Of a stretch of 64,000 bases of DNA, positions 28,037 through 37,067 are shown one piece after another. Both the position numbers and the translations under genes were made by a program. Each line of letters begins with the position of its first letter. Within the stretch, counting starts at the first letter, position 1. This DNA is from an uncultured Solirubrobacterales bacterium (GTDB lineage Bacteria; Actinomycetota; Thermoleophilia; Solirubrobacterales; 70-9). Below the pieces are notes generated by a model, which searched no databases, was not told the origin of the DNA, and saw nothing but the letters and a program-made list of their open reading frames with translations. Location: NCBI GenBank assembly GCA_963714665.1, contig CAVQPE010000008.1, forward strand, positions 776,848-840,847, read 5' to 3'.

Positions 28037-28422
28037 ATGTTCGCGAACACCAAGGCAACCAACAGCTTCGCCGTCGACGACGTGCAGAAGGCGCGCGAGT
28101 TCTACGGCGAGACGCTCGGGCTGGAGACGAAAGCGCTGAGCGAGGAGTTCGGCGTGATGTCCCTCGAGATGGCCGGCGGCCGCAGCACCCTCGTCTACGC
28201 CAAGCCCGACTTCGTCCCGGCGACCTACACGGTCCTCAACTTCGAGGTCGACGACATCGAGAGCGCGGTCGACGAGCTGGCGGCCCGCGGCGTCAGCTTC
28301 GAGCGCTACGACGGCTTCGACCAGGACGAGAAGGGCATCGCCCACGGCCCCGGCCCCGACATCGCCTGGTTCAAGGACCCGGCGGGGAACATCCTCGCGG
28401 TGCTGCAGCAGGCAGCGGCTAG
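28037..28422 (+). CDS. Glyoxalase/bleomycin-resistance/VOC-family protein (native stop apparently lost to a frame error)
   Basis: FAVDDVQKAREFYGETLGLE...LNFEVDDIESAVDELAARGVSFERYD...AWFKDPAGNILAVLQ is present. The ORF then runs on as an Arg-rich tail into the convergent MFS gene, and an out-of-frame TAG lies at 28420. Confidence 0.6.
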
Positions 28423-30176
28423 GGCGCGGCGGGGACGGCCGCCCCGCTCTGGGGCTCCTCCGCGTGGCGGTAATGGCCGCCGCGCAGCATCGAGGTGGCG
28501 GCGGCGATCAGGCAGACGACGATCGCGAAGGCGAAGGCGATGTCGAGCCCGTCGCGGAACGGGGCCGAGATCAGGTGCGGGAAGAAGGCCGGGCCGGTGA
28601 GCACGGCGTGCGCGTGCGGGCCGAGGGCGGCGAGGGCGTGGGCGCCGGCCAGGTGCTGAATCGGGTTGTAGCCGAGGAAGGCGGCGAAGAGGATCGAGAT
28701 CGGCGGCGCGTGGGCGACCCTGTGGGCGGTGGCGGCCGAGAGGCCGTGGGCCTGCAGCCCGTGGCTCGTCGCCTCCGGCAGGCTGGAGGCGAGGCCGACG
28801 ATCATCAGGGTGAAGAAGATCCCCAGCGAGAGCACCTGGGCCGAGTTCTGGAAGGTCTGGTTCATGCCGCCGCCGGCGCCGCGGTCCCCGGGCGGCAGGC
28901 TGTTCATCACGCCGGCCCGGTTGGGCGAGGCGAAGAGCCCCATCGAGGCGCCGTTGAGGAAGAGGATCAGGGCGAAGGCCCAGTATTCGAAGTCGGTCGG
29001 CAGCAGCATCAGCAGGCCAAAGCTGAGCGCCGCCATCAGCATGCCGCCGGTGGCGAAGGGGCGGGCGCCGAAGCGGTCGGAGAGGACGCCGGAGACCGGC
29101 CCGACGATCAGCAGCCCCAGGGTCAGCGGCAGCATGTAGATGCCGGCCCACAGCGGCGTCTCGGTGAAGCTGTAGCCGTGCTCGGGCAGCCAGATTCCCT
29201 GCAGCCAGATGATCAGCATGAAGAGCAGGCCGCCGCGGGCGATCGCGGCGAGGAAGGTCGAGAGCGTGCCAAAGGTGAAGGCGCGGATGCGGAAGAGGGC
29301 GAGGCGGAACATCGGCGCGGCGACGCGGCGCTCGACCACGACGAAGGCGACCATCGAGGTGACCGAGGCCGCGACTAGGGCGATCACCCGCGGGCTGCTC
29401 CAGCCGGTCGCATGGCCGCCGTATGGGCGGATCCCGTAGGTGACCGCGACCATCGCGAAGACCAGGCCGAGGGCAAAGGTCGCGTTGCCGAGCCAGTCGA
29501 CCGGGGCAAGGCGCGGCTCGCTGCGCTCCTCCAGCTTCAGGTAGCCCCAGACCGTGCCGAAGAGGCCGACCGGGACCGAGATCAGGAAGACCAGGCGCCA
29601 GTCGATCGGCGCCAGCAGGCCGCCGAGGACGAGGCCGACGAAGAGGCCGCTGACGCCGACGATGTTGTTGATCCCCAGCGCCATGCCCCGCTGGTTGGCG
29701 GGGAAGGCATCGGTGATGATCGCGGCCGCGTTGGCGAGCAGGCAGGCGCCGCCGACGCCTTGGACGATGCGGAAGACGATCAGGTAGGTGGCGCCGGAGC
29801 GTCCCGTCATCCAGTCGACCGCGAGCAGCAGCGAGGCGGCGGTGTAGATGACGAAGCCGAGGTTGTAGATGCGGACGCGGCCGTAGATGTCGCCGAGGCG
29901 GCCGAGGCTGACGATCAGCACGCTGGAGACGACCAGGTAGCCGAGGATCATCCAGAGCAGGTAGAAGCTGTTGGCCGGGACGAGCGGGTCGAGGTGGATG
30001 CCGCGGAAGATGTCGGGCATCGCGATCAGCGTGATCGAGGCGTCGAGCGTCGCCAGCAGCACCGCCAGGGTGGTGTTGGAGAGAGCGATCCACTTGTAGG
30101 TGTCGGTGGAGTGGCCTCCCCCGGCACGCCCTGCTCTGCTCAAGCCCAACGCCACACGGGCAAAGTCTACAGGCAA
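28419..30176 (-). CDS. MFS transporter, DHA2 (EmrB/QacA, 14-TMS) family
   Basis: WIALSNTTLAVLLATLDASITLIAMPDI, LGRLGDIYGRVRIYNLGFVIYTAASLL and FRIVQGVGGA are present. The 585-aa ORF is intact. Confidence 0.85.
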   Translation of the reverse strand: MPVDFARVALGLSRAGRAGGGHSTDTYKWIALSNTTLAVLLATLDASITLIAMPDIFRGIHLDPLVPANSFYLLWMILGYLVVSSVLIVSLGRLGDIYGRVRIYNLGFVIYTAASLLLAVDWMTGRSGATYLIVFRIVQGVGGACLLANAAAIITDAFPANQRGMALGINNIVGVSGLFVGLVLGGLLAPIDWRLVFLISVPVGLFGTVWGYLKLEERSEPRLAPVDWLGNATFALGLVFAMVAVTYGIRPYGGHATGWSSPRVIALVAASVTSMVAFVVVERRVAAPMFRLALFRIRAFTFGTLSTFLAAIARGGLLFMLIIWLQGIWLPEHGYSFTETPLWAGIYMLPLTLGLLIVGPVSGVLSDRFGARPFATGGMLMAALSFGLLMLLPTDFEYWAFALILFLNGASMGLFASPNRAGVMNSLPPGDRGAGGGMNQTFQNSAQVLSLGIFFTLMIVGLASSLPEATSHGLQAHGLSAATAHRVAHAPPISILFAAFLGYNPIQHLAGAHALAALGPHAHAVLTGPAFFPHLISAPFRDGLDIAFAFAIVVCLIAAATSMLRGGHYRHAEEPQSGAAVPAAP

Positions 30177-30205
30177 ACTGTGCAGTTTGCCTGTGCTTTT
30201 TCGGT

Positions 30206-30643
30206 ATGATCCACGCTGTGCCGACCCGGGTGGACAGCGGACCGATCGCCGGTGAGCTGAGCGTTGCGCTGGGTCACCTGATCCGCCGCCTGCGCGCCCA
30301 GCACGGCTTCTCGCTGTCGCAGGGCTCGGTCCTGGGGCGACTGGATCGCGAAGGCCCGCAGTGCACGAGCGCCCTTGCGACGGCCGAGCGCGTGCGGCCG
30401 CAATCGATGGGCCAGACGGTCGCCGAGCTCGAGGAGCAGGGCTTGGTCGAGCGGCGCGCCGATCCCGACGACGGCCGCCGCACGCTGATCGAGCTGACCG
30501 AGGGGGGTCGGGTCGAGCTGCAGGAGGTCCGCGGCCGGCGAGAGGGGTGGCTGGCCGAGGCGATCGCGGAGGGCTTCAGCGACGAGGAGCGCCTAGTGCT
30601 CGAGCAGGCCGTGCCGCTGCTCGGGCGGCTGGCGGAGCTTTGA
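30206..30643 (+). CDS. MarR-family transcriptional regulator
   Basis: LSQGSVLGRLDREGPQCTSALATAERVRPQSMGQTVAELEEQGLVERRADPDDGRRTLIELTEGG is a winged-helix MarR core. It is divergent from one MFS gene and overlaps the start of the next. Confidence 0.85.
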   Translation: MIHAVPTRVDSGPIAGELSVALGHLIRRLRAQHGFSLSQGSVLGRLDREGPQCTSALATAERVRPQSMGQTVAELEEQGLVERRADPDDGRRTLIELTEGGRVELQEVRGRREGWLAEAIAEGFSDEERLVLEQAVPLLGRLAEL

Positions 30644-32115
30644 CGGCGACTGCGCAGACGAGCGACCGGCGGCGCTGGATCGCCCTGGTCGTGCTCTGCC
30701 TCGGGCAGCTGATGATCGTCCTCGACGCGACCATCGTCAATGTCGCCCTGCCCTCGATCCAGGGGGACTTGGGCTTCACCCAGGCGAGCCTGACCTGGGT
30801 CGTCAACGCCTACCTGATCGCCTTCGGCAGCTTCCTGCTGCTGGCCGGCCGGCTCGGTGACCTGATCGGCCGCAAGAAGGTCTTCATCGGCGGCCTGGCC
30901 CTGTTCACCACCGCCTCGGTGCTCTGCGGCCTCGCCGACGACCAGACGCTGCTGATCGCGGCGCGTTTCGTCCAGGGCATGGGCGGCGCGGTCGCCTCCT
31001 CGGTGATCATCGCGATCATCGTCACCGAGTTCCGCGAGCGGAGCGAGCAGGCGCGGGCGATGGGCGTCTTCACCTTCGTCGCGTCGGCGGGTGGCTCGAT
31101 CGGCTTGCTCGCGGGTGGCGTCCTCACTCACCTGCTGAGCTGGCACTGGATCTTCTTCATCAACGTGCCGATCGGGATAGCGGCGATCGGGCTCGGACTG
31201 GCCCTGATCGAGGAGAGCGAGGGGGCGGGGCTGCGCCAGGGGGTAGACGTCCTCGGCGCGGCGCTGATCACCTTCGCCGGGATGCTCCTCGTCTACGCGA
31301 TCGTGCAGACCGAGGGGTATGGCTGGGGCTCGCCGCGGACGCTCGTTCCCGGGGTGGCGTCGCTGGCGATGATCGGCGGCTTCTTCGCCTACGAGGCCCG
31401 GATCGAGAACCCGATCATGCCGCTGCGGGTGTTCGCGCTGCGCAGCCTGATGGCGGCGAACGCGGTTCGCGGCCTCCTCGTCGTGGGGATGTTCTCGTCG
31501 TTCTTCCTCGGGGCTCTCTACCTGGAGCACGTGCTCGGCTTCAGCCCGATCCGGACCGGGCTCGCCTTCCTGCCGATGACACTCGCGATCGGGGCGCTCT
31601 CGGTAGGGGTGACGCCCCGGCTGCTGACCCGCTTCGGGCCGAAGCGGACCCTGGTCCCGGGGCTGGGGTTGGCCTTCGCCGGCCTGCTCCTCTTCGCCCG
31701 CGTGCCGGTCGAAGGCAACTACTGGCGCGACCTCTTCCCGGCCTTCCTCTTGCTCGGACTCGGCGCCGGGACTTCGTTCATGCCGCTGATCACGTTGGCG
31801 ATGTCGGAGGTGCCGAAGGCCGATGCCGGCCTCGGCTCCGGCCTGATCAACACCGCTCAGCAGATGGCCGCCGCGATCGGCGTCGCCGCCCTCGGCACCG
31901 TCGCCGCCAGCCGCACAGCCGACCTTCTCGCGGCCGGTGACTCCCAGCCTGCGGCCCTCACCGCCGGCTTCCACCTCTCCTTTGCCATCGCGACCGCCTG
32001 CGTGGCCATCGCGATCGTCCTCGCCGTCGTCCTGCTGCAGTCACCGGCCCGGGAGCCCGGGCCGGAGGAGGAGCCGGGTGTCCGCGAGGAGCTGCTGGCG
32101 GACGAGATGGTCTGA
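30640..32115 (+). CDS. MFS transporter, DHA2 (EmrB/QacA) family
   Basis: The TTG start overlaps the MarR stop. WIALVVLCLGQLMIVLDATIVNVALPSIQGDLGF, AGRLGDLIGRKKVFIGG and ARFVQGMGGA are present. Confidence 0.85.
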   Translation: MTATAQTSDRRRWIALVVLCLGQLMIVLDATIVNVALPSIQGDLGFTQASLTWVVNAYLIAFGSFLLLAGRLGDLIGRKKVFIGGLALFTTASVLCGLADDQTLLIAARFVQGMGGAVASSVIIAIIVTEFRERSEQARAMGVFTFVASAGGSIGLLAGGVLTHLLSWHWIFFINVPIGIAAIGLGLALIEESEGAGLRQGVDVLGAALITFAGMLLVYAIVQTEGYGWGSPRTLVPGVASLAMIGGFFAYEARIENPIMPLRVFALRSLMAANAVRGLLVVGMFSSFFLGALYLEHVLGFSPIRTGLAFLPMTLAIGALSVGVTPRLLTRFGPKRTLVPGLGLAFAGLLLFARVPVEGNYWRDLFPAFLLLGLGAGTSFMPLITLAMSEVPKADAGLGSGLINTAQQMAAAIGVAALGTVAASRTADLLAAGDSQPAALTAGFHLSFAIATACVAIAIVLAVVLLQSPAREPGPEEEPGVREELLADEMV

Positions 32116-32126
32116 GCCGTATCTGT

Positions 32127-32176
32127 CAGACGATTTTGCGTCTAGACGATTAGACGTTTAATCGTCTAATCGTCTA
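32127..32176. promoter_or_regulatory. AT-rich array of six AGACG(A/T)TT half-sites in both orientations (candidate operator) just upstream of the Fic gene
   Basis: CAGACGATTTTGCGTCTAGACGATTAGACGTTTAATCGTCTAATCGTCTA contains the 10-bp palindrome CGTCTAGACG. It also has 14-bp inverted arms TAGACGATTAGACG (32143-32156) and CGTCTAATCGTCTA (32163-32176). Confidence 0.5.
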
Positions 32177-32186
32177 CTCTTAGGAC

Positions 32187-33290
32187 ATGATTTCCGCCAC
32201 TCCCACCCCGACGGCCGAGCTTCGGGCGCAGCTTGAGGAGCTCGACAAGCTTCGAAACGACCTCGGCCACGAGGTCGGTCGCTCCGTGCCGTGGATCGGT
32301 GCGCTTCGTCGTCAGGTTCGCGCCTCATCGGTCGAAGGCTCGACCTCGATCGAGGGATTCAGCGTCGAGCCGGGCGAGGCGGTGGCTCTTGTCAGCGGCG
32401 ATCAACAGGTCGATCCAGACGACGAGAACCGCCAGGCGGTCGCCTGCTACGCCCGTGCGATGGACCACGTCGGGGTCATGGCAACGGACCCTTCGTTTGT
32501 CTGGCACGACCGCGTCATCCTCGACCTCCACTTCGACGCCTGCTCTTTCCAGCGCAGCGAGGGCCCGGGCAGGTGGCGCAGCGGACCGGTCGGGGTGACG
32601 GGCAGCGACGGTCGCATCGTCTACCAGGCGCCCGACGCGGAGGAGGTTCCCGGGTTGATGGCCGAGGTCGTCGAGTGGCTGCAGAGCGGGGATCGCGATG
32701 CCCACGCGGTGATCCGGGCTGCGATGGCCCACCTCCACGTCGTCTCCGTGCACCCGTTCCGCGACGGCAACGGCCGCGTCTCTCGCATCGTGCAGTCCCT
32801 GGTCCTCGCGCAAGAGGGCCTGATGTCACCCGAGTTCGGCTCGATCGAGGAGTACCTCGGCGCACACACAAGCGACTACTACGCGGCGTTGAACGAGGCC
32901 CACGGCCCCTCGTACCAGCCGGAGCGAGACGCCTCCAACTGGGTCGCCTTCTGCGTCAAGGCCCACCTGGCGCAGGCCCGCCAGCGCCTGGCCCAGGTCG
33001 AGGACGCGGCGGCCCGTTGGACCTACCTTGAAGAGCTGGTCGGATCCCGCGGCTGGCCGGACCGCCTGGCGATTGCCTTGGAGCAGAGCCTCATCGGCGG
33101 CTCCGACCGCGCCGGTTATGCGACTGAGGCCGGTATCTCTCCGGCTACGGCAAGCGCCGACTTTCGTCGCCTGGTCGATGCGGGCCTGGTCGAGCAGATG
33201 GGGCGAGGCCGGAGTGTTCGCTACCGAGCGAGCGAGCGATTGCGTGGGGACGCCGATGGCTCGATCAGGGTCGAGCGAGCCTCGCCCTGA
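32187..33290 (+). CDS. Fic/DOC-family protein (AMPylase-type) with N-terminal inhibitory-motif-like sequence and C-terminal winged-helix-like tail
   Basis: HPFRDGNGRVSRIV matches the Fic motif HxFx(D/E)GNGRxxR. STSIEG fits the (S/T)xxxE(G/N) inhibitory helix motif upstream of the core. Confidence 0.85.
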   Translation: MISATPTPTAELRAQLEELDKLRNDLGHEVGRSVPWIGALRRQVRASSVEGSTSIEGFSVEPGEAVALVSGDQQVDPDDENRQAVACYARAMDHVGVMATDPSFVWHDRVILDLHFDACSFQRSEGPGRWRSGPVGVTGSDGRIVYQAPDAEEVPGLMAEVVEWLQSGDRDAHAVIRAAMAHLHVVSVHPFRDGNGRVSRIVQSLVLAQEGLMSPEFGSIEEYLGAHTSDYYAALNEAHGPSYQPERDASNWVAFCVKAHLAQARQRLAQVEDAAARWTYLEELVGSRGWPDRLAIALEQSLIGGSDRAGYATEAGISPATASADFRRLVDAGLVEQMGRGRSVRYRASERLRGDADGSIRVERASP

Positions 33291-33307
33291 ACCGGGCGCG
33301 GTCGGGC

Positions 33308-33955
33308 TTACCCGCCAAGACCGCCGAAGATCGCAAACGGGTTGGGGGGACGCTCGGCATACGCTGCCTTCCAGGTTCCCTCCGCCTTGACGTCGCTGTC
33401 AGCGGGGGCCTCGGCCTCGATCCGCTCGGCGAGGGCCTTGGCCTGGTCCTCGTCGGTCGCGCCGACGAGCAGGTACTTGCCGCGCCGCACGGCAGGCAGG
33501 CCCTCGCTCCGCAGCTGCTCCTCGAAGCGCACCGCATCGTGGCGGGACGGAAGGTCGATCCGCACCTCGTATTCGGGATGGCCACGTTTTTCCGTTTCCC
33601 GCCGCTCGGTGGCGATCAGCTCTACGTGCTCCGCTGTCCTTGCGGCGTCGTCGTCGGGAAGCGGTACGTCGGGGTCTTCCCACTCCTCCGCCGTCGGGTG
33701 CCAGTGCTTCAGCTCGGCTTCGACGTTCCAGCCATGCTCGGCCGCCAGCTTGTCGACGAGCTTCCCAGCGCTTTCGGCCTGCTCCCGGGTGCCGGCGTAG
33801 AGGAAGACGTGGTCGCCTTCGCGAGAGACGATGACCCGGTCGTGAAACGCGTCGCTGAGGTCATGTTCCAGCTCCCGGGCGTCGAGCCGATCGAGCAGCC
33901 GGCGAATGTGCTCCTGCTCTTGGAAATCGATCTGTAGGCGCCAGTCGTCGTTCAT
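33308..33955 (-). CDS. Hypothetical acidic protein
   Basis: This is an intact 215-aa ORF (MNDDWRLQIDFQEQEHIRRLLDRLDARELEHDL...). No motif was recognised. Confidence 0.5.
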   Translation of the reverse strand: MNDDWRLQIDFQEQEHIRRLLDRLDARELEHDLSDAFHDRVIVSREGDHVFLYAGTREQAESAGKLVDKLAAEHGWNVEAELKHWHPTAEEWEDPDVPLPDDDAARTAEHVELIATERRETEKRGHPEYEVRIDLPSRHDAVRFEEQLRSEGLPAVRRGKYLLVGATDEDQAKALAERIEAEAPADSDVKAEGTWKAAYAERPPNPFAIFGGLGG

Positions 33956-33962
33956 CGGTTGC

Positions 33963-34505
33963 TCAACCTACCTCCCGACCGGCCGTTCGAGCATCGTCCT
34001 CTTCGATGGAGGCCTTGATGTCCTTGACCAGGAGCTGGAGGTTCATGGGGTCGGTTTGCGACGGTTCGAAGCCGTGGTGCGCGTAGAAGTCTCGGGCCGA
34101 TTCGTTGAGCGCGTGCACGAGCATGACGCGAATCCCAAGCTCTGCCGCCGCCGCGAGGGTACGGGCCATCGCATCGCGCAGAAGGAATGATCCGAGGCCG
34201 TGACCTTGGACGCTCCGATCGACGGCCAGCCGAGCCAGCAGGACCGCCGGGATCGGATGGCTTGGCATCCCGCGGCGCGCCCGGGGACTTGCCTCGCGCC
34301 GGCTCACCGAGGCCGCGCAGAGGGCGTGGTAGCCGACCACCCGACCCTGCTCGGCGTCTTCGATGACATAGGTCCGGGCCGAGCCAGAAGCCGCGGCGAC
34401 GCGGGCGTGCTTGGGCAGCCAGGCGTTCAACGAGTCCACCCCGCAATCGAAGCCACTCAGCGGGTGATCCGGCCCCAGCGGTTCGGGGTCGCTGAAGCGC
34501 GTCAC
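33963..34505 (-). CDS. GNAT-family N-acetyltransferase toxin (TacT/KacT-like)
   Basis: LSGFDCGVDSLNAWL, YVIEDAEQGRVVGYHAL, IPAVLLARLAVDRSVQGHGLGSFLL and the adjacent DUF1778-type antitoxin gene support this call. Confidence 0.75.
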   Translation of the reverse strand: MTRFSDPEPLGPDHPLSGFDCGVDSLNAWLPKHARVAAASGSARTYVIEDAEQGRVVGYHALCAASVSRREASPRARRGMPSHPIPAVLLARLAVDRSVQGHGLGSFLLRDAMARTLAAAAELGIRVMLVHALNESARDFYAHHGFEPSQTDPMNLQLLVKDIKASIEEDDARTAGREVG

Positions 34506-34513
34506 GCCTTGCC

Positions 34514-34780
34514 CTACTCAGGGCGAGGACGAGCGAACAGTCTTGCCAGCTCCGGGCGAGCCTCGGCGGGGCGATCAAGCGCTGCGGTAAACGCTCGCCA
34601 GTCAGCATCGCCTAGGGCAAAGTGCGTGCGATCGGCCAGCAGCCGCTCCGCGCGCTCGCGGCCGCCCTCGACCAGAAATTCGGTCAAGGACTCCTCATGC
34701 AGAGACCCAGCTCGCTCGAACAACTCCTTGTCTTCGGCAGCGATACGCAGATGGACCCGCGCCGTCTTGGTCGTAGCCAT
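34514..34780 (-). CDS. DUF1778-family antitoxin (TacA-like, RHH)
   Basis: ARVHLRIAAEDKELFERAGSLHEESLTEFLVEGGRERAERLLAD is typical of DUF1778. It lies directly upstream of the GNAT toxin. Confidence 0.75.
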   Translation of the reverse strand: MATTKTARVHLRIAAEDKELFERAGSLHEESLTEFLVEGGRERAERLLADRTHFALGDADWRAFTAALDRPAEARPELARLFARPRPE

Positions 34781-34913
34781 GTGGCAAGTGTACACACGCT
34801 CCTTCGGCCATCGCGAGCGACATCAGGCAGTTTGGCTCTCTTGCCGTTGTCCTTGACCGGGTCGTGATTTCCTTGCCGCGAACCGCTCCCTCGCCTGCGG
34901 GCAATAACTACCG

Positions 34914-35507
34914 GTGGACCAAATGACCCTCGACAGCGAAGCGGTTTCCGCCTCGCTTCACACCCCGGCTGGCTTCGCGACGATCTTCGATCGCCACTTC
35001 GACGCCGTCCATGCCTACCTGCAGCGTCGGGTCGGCCCGGACCTGGCCGACGAGCTGTCGGCGCAGACCTTCCTCGTCGCCTTCGACAAGCGGGGCGGCT
35101 ACGACCTGGCCCAGCCCGATGCCCGGCCCTGGCTCTTCGGCATTGCCACCCACCTCTTGCGTCGCCACCATCGCGACGAGGTGCGCCAGTTTCGCGCCTA
35201 CGCGCGGAGCGCCGAGGACCCCGTCCTTGACGCCTTCGACGGCGTAGAGGCCAGGCTCGACGCGACGGAGATGCGCCGCGAGCTCGTCGACGCCTTGGCC
35301 GACGTCCCGGCCGAGGAGCTCGACGCGCTTCTGCTTTACGCCTGGGCCGAGCTCTCCTATCCAGAGATCGCCCGCGCTCTGGACGTCCCGACCGGGACCG
35401 TCCGCTCGCGGCTCTCACGTGCCCGCGGGCGGATTCGCGCCGCGCTGGGCGCCGACCAGCCCCAGGCCCTTGGCCAACCCGTCCCCGAGGAGGGAGGATC
35501 GCGATGA
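34914..35507 (+). CDS. ECF (group 4) RNA polymerase sigma factor
   Basis: FATIFDRHFDAVHAYLQRRVGPDLADELSAQTF is region 2. LDALLLYAWAELSYPEIARALDVPTGTVRSRLSRARGRI is region 4. Confidence 0.85.
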   Translation: MDQMTLDSEAVSASLHTPAGFATIFDRHFDAVHAYLQRRVGPDLADELSAQTFLVAFDKRGGYDLAQPDARPWLFGIATHLLRRHHRDEVRQFRAYARSAEDPVLDAFDGVEARLDATEMRRELVDALADVPAEELDALLLYAWAELSYPEIARALDVPTGTVRSRLSRARGRIRAALGADQPQALGQPVPEEGGSR

Positions 35508-36853
35508 ACGAGATCGACTTGCTGCGAGAGCTTCGTGCGGAGCTGCCCGGACCCAGGGCCGAGAGCCGGGCCTCGGCCCGGGGCGCCCTGGTCGCGCGGA
35601 TCGAGGATTCCCAGCGCCCGCGGCCGCGGGCGACCGTCCCCGCCTGGCGGCGGTCCAGGCTTCGTCTCGTCGCCGTGCTGGCGGCGGCGGCGGCCCTGCT
35701 CGTCGCCCTGCCGACCTTGATCCTCGGTGGCGATGGCAAGGTGCAGCCCGCCCTCGGCCAGGTGCTTCGCGCGGCGGCGGCGACGGCGGCCACCCAGCCT
35801 GCCGAACCGCCTCCGGGCCCGGGCCAGTACTTCTACACCCGCTCCAGGGAAGCCTATTTGACGACCTCTGTCGGCCCCAACCCGCGCTGCGCGACGAATC
35901 CATGCGACCCCGAACACCCCTGGGAAGCGACCCGGGCGTGGAGCGTGCTCGTCCCCAGGATTCGCCAGACCTGGATCGCCGCCAACGGCGCCGGCCGGGC
36001 GCGGGCGGTCGCCGCCAAGCCGGAATTCCTCACGGCTGGACAGCGCCGGGCATGGAAGGCCGCCGGATCGCCCCACCTCGGCTCCGGCGGGGTCGAAGAC
36101 TTCGCCCTCTCCGGCCAGCCCTTCCTCGACACCTCGAACCTGCCGACCGAGCCCAAGGCGCTGCGCCGGCTGATCGAAGCCCGCAAGATCCCGCGCGTCG
36201 ACGGGCCTCCCGGCGAAGCCGAGACCTTCACCCTCGTCGGCGACATGCTCCGCAACACCTACCTGCCACCGGCCTTCCGGGCCGCCCTCTACCGGGTGGT
36301 GGCGGAACTGCCCAAGGTCGAGCTGCGCGGGGAGGTGAAGGACCCGGTCGGCCGCACCGGCATCGGGGTCGCCTACACCAAAGGCAGCACCACCCACGAG
36401 TTGATCTTCGACCCCGAGACCTCGGCCCTGCTCGGCGAGCGCGAAGTAGCGGCCCGCCGGATCCCCGCTCTCCAGGTCCCGGCCGGGACCGAAATCGGCT
36501 CGGTCACCTACCTCGAATCAAAGGTGGTCGACTCGCTGGGCAAGGGAGCGCCCCCCGGCGCCGGCCACCTGCGCCAGAGCATCGGCTGCTACGAAAAACC
36601 CTCCCTGCACGCCAACACCGCGATCCTCCACGGCCCCGACCCGATCGCCACCTGCACCAAGCTCTGGCGCGAAGGCGCAATGGGCACGACCCTCGAGCGC
36701 CTGGAACGCGAAGGCAAGATCCCCAAACGCCCAGACAAGACCCCCAACCTAGTCGCCTGCGAAGGCGACTATCCGGCGGTTACCTATGTATTCCCCGGGG
36801 ACGGCCCGTCCGTCTGCAACCGGCTCGGCATGCGGCCCAGTGCGGCCGAATAG
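35504..36853 (+). CDS. Membrane-anchored partner of the ECF sigma (CU044_5270-like putative anti-sigma/sensor protein)
   Basis: The start overlaps the sigma stop (ATGA). The N-terminus MNEIDLLRELRAELPGP, a single TM LRLVAVLAAAAALLVALPTLIL and a large extracytoplasmic domain are present. Confidence 0.6.
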   Translation: MNEIDLLRELRAELPGPRAESRASARGALVARIEDSQRPRPRATVPAWRRSRLRLVAVLAAAAALLVALPTLILGGDGKVQPALGQVLRAAAATAATQPAEPPPGPGQYFYTRSREAYLTTSVGPNPRCATNPCDPEHPWEATRAWSVLVPRIRQTWIAANGAGRARAVAAKPEFLTAGQRRAWKAAGSPHLGSGGVEDFALSGQPFLDTSNLPTEPKALRRLIEARKIPRVDGPPGEAETFTLVGDMLRNTYLPPAFRAALYRVVAELPKVELRGEVKDPVGRTGIGVAYTKGSTTHELIFDPETSALLGEREVAARRIPALQVPAGTEIGSVTYLESKVVDSLGKGAPPGAGHLRQSIGCYEKPSLHANTAILHGPDPIATCTKLWREGAMGTTLERLEREGKIPKRPDKTPNLVACEGDYPAVTYVFPGDGPSVCNRLGMRPSAAE

Positions 36854-37067
36854 CCGGACCCGATCATCGTCACTGGCGCTGCCTCCAGCTACTGTCTTTT
36901 CATTCTTTTCCAGGTTGATCAACTTCCGATAAAGCTTGCAAGATCGATAAGTTCAGGGGCAACTCCAGACGGCGCCCTACATCACCGATATGCCGTGTCG
37001 ATTCTGCAAAATCCAGTCGGGCTGTGGCCGCCGATACGGGCACGGGAGGAATGAGAATTACTTTGCG

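Noticed and set aside
28306-31974. Long alternative-frame and antisense ORFs (28306-30093 minus, 28464-29378 plus, 30274-31974 minus) over the two DHA2 MFS genes.
   Set aside because: The MFS frames show 14-TMS hydrophobic periodicity and family motifs. The alternatives are Arg/Pro/Asp-rich.
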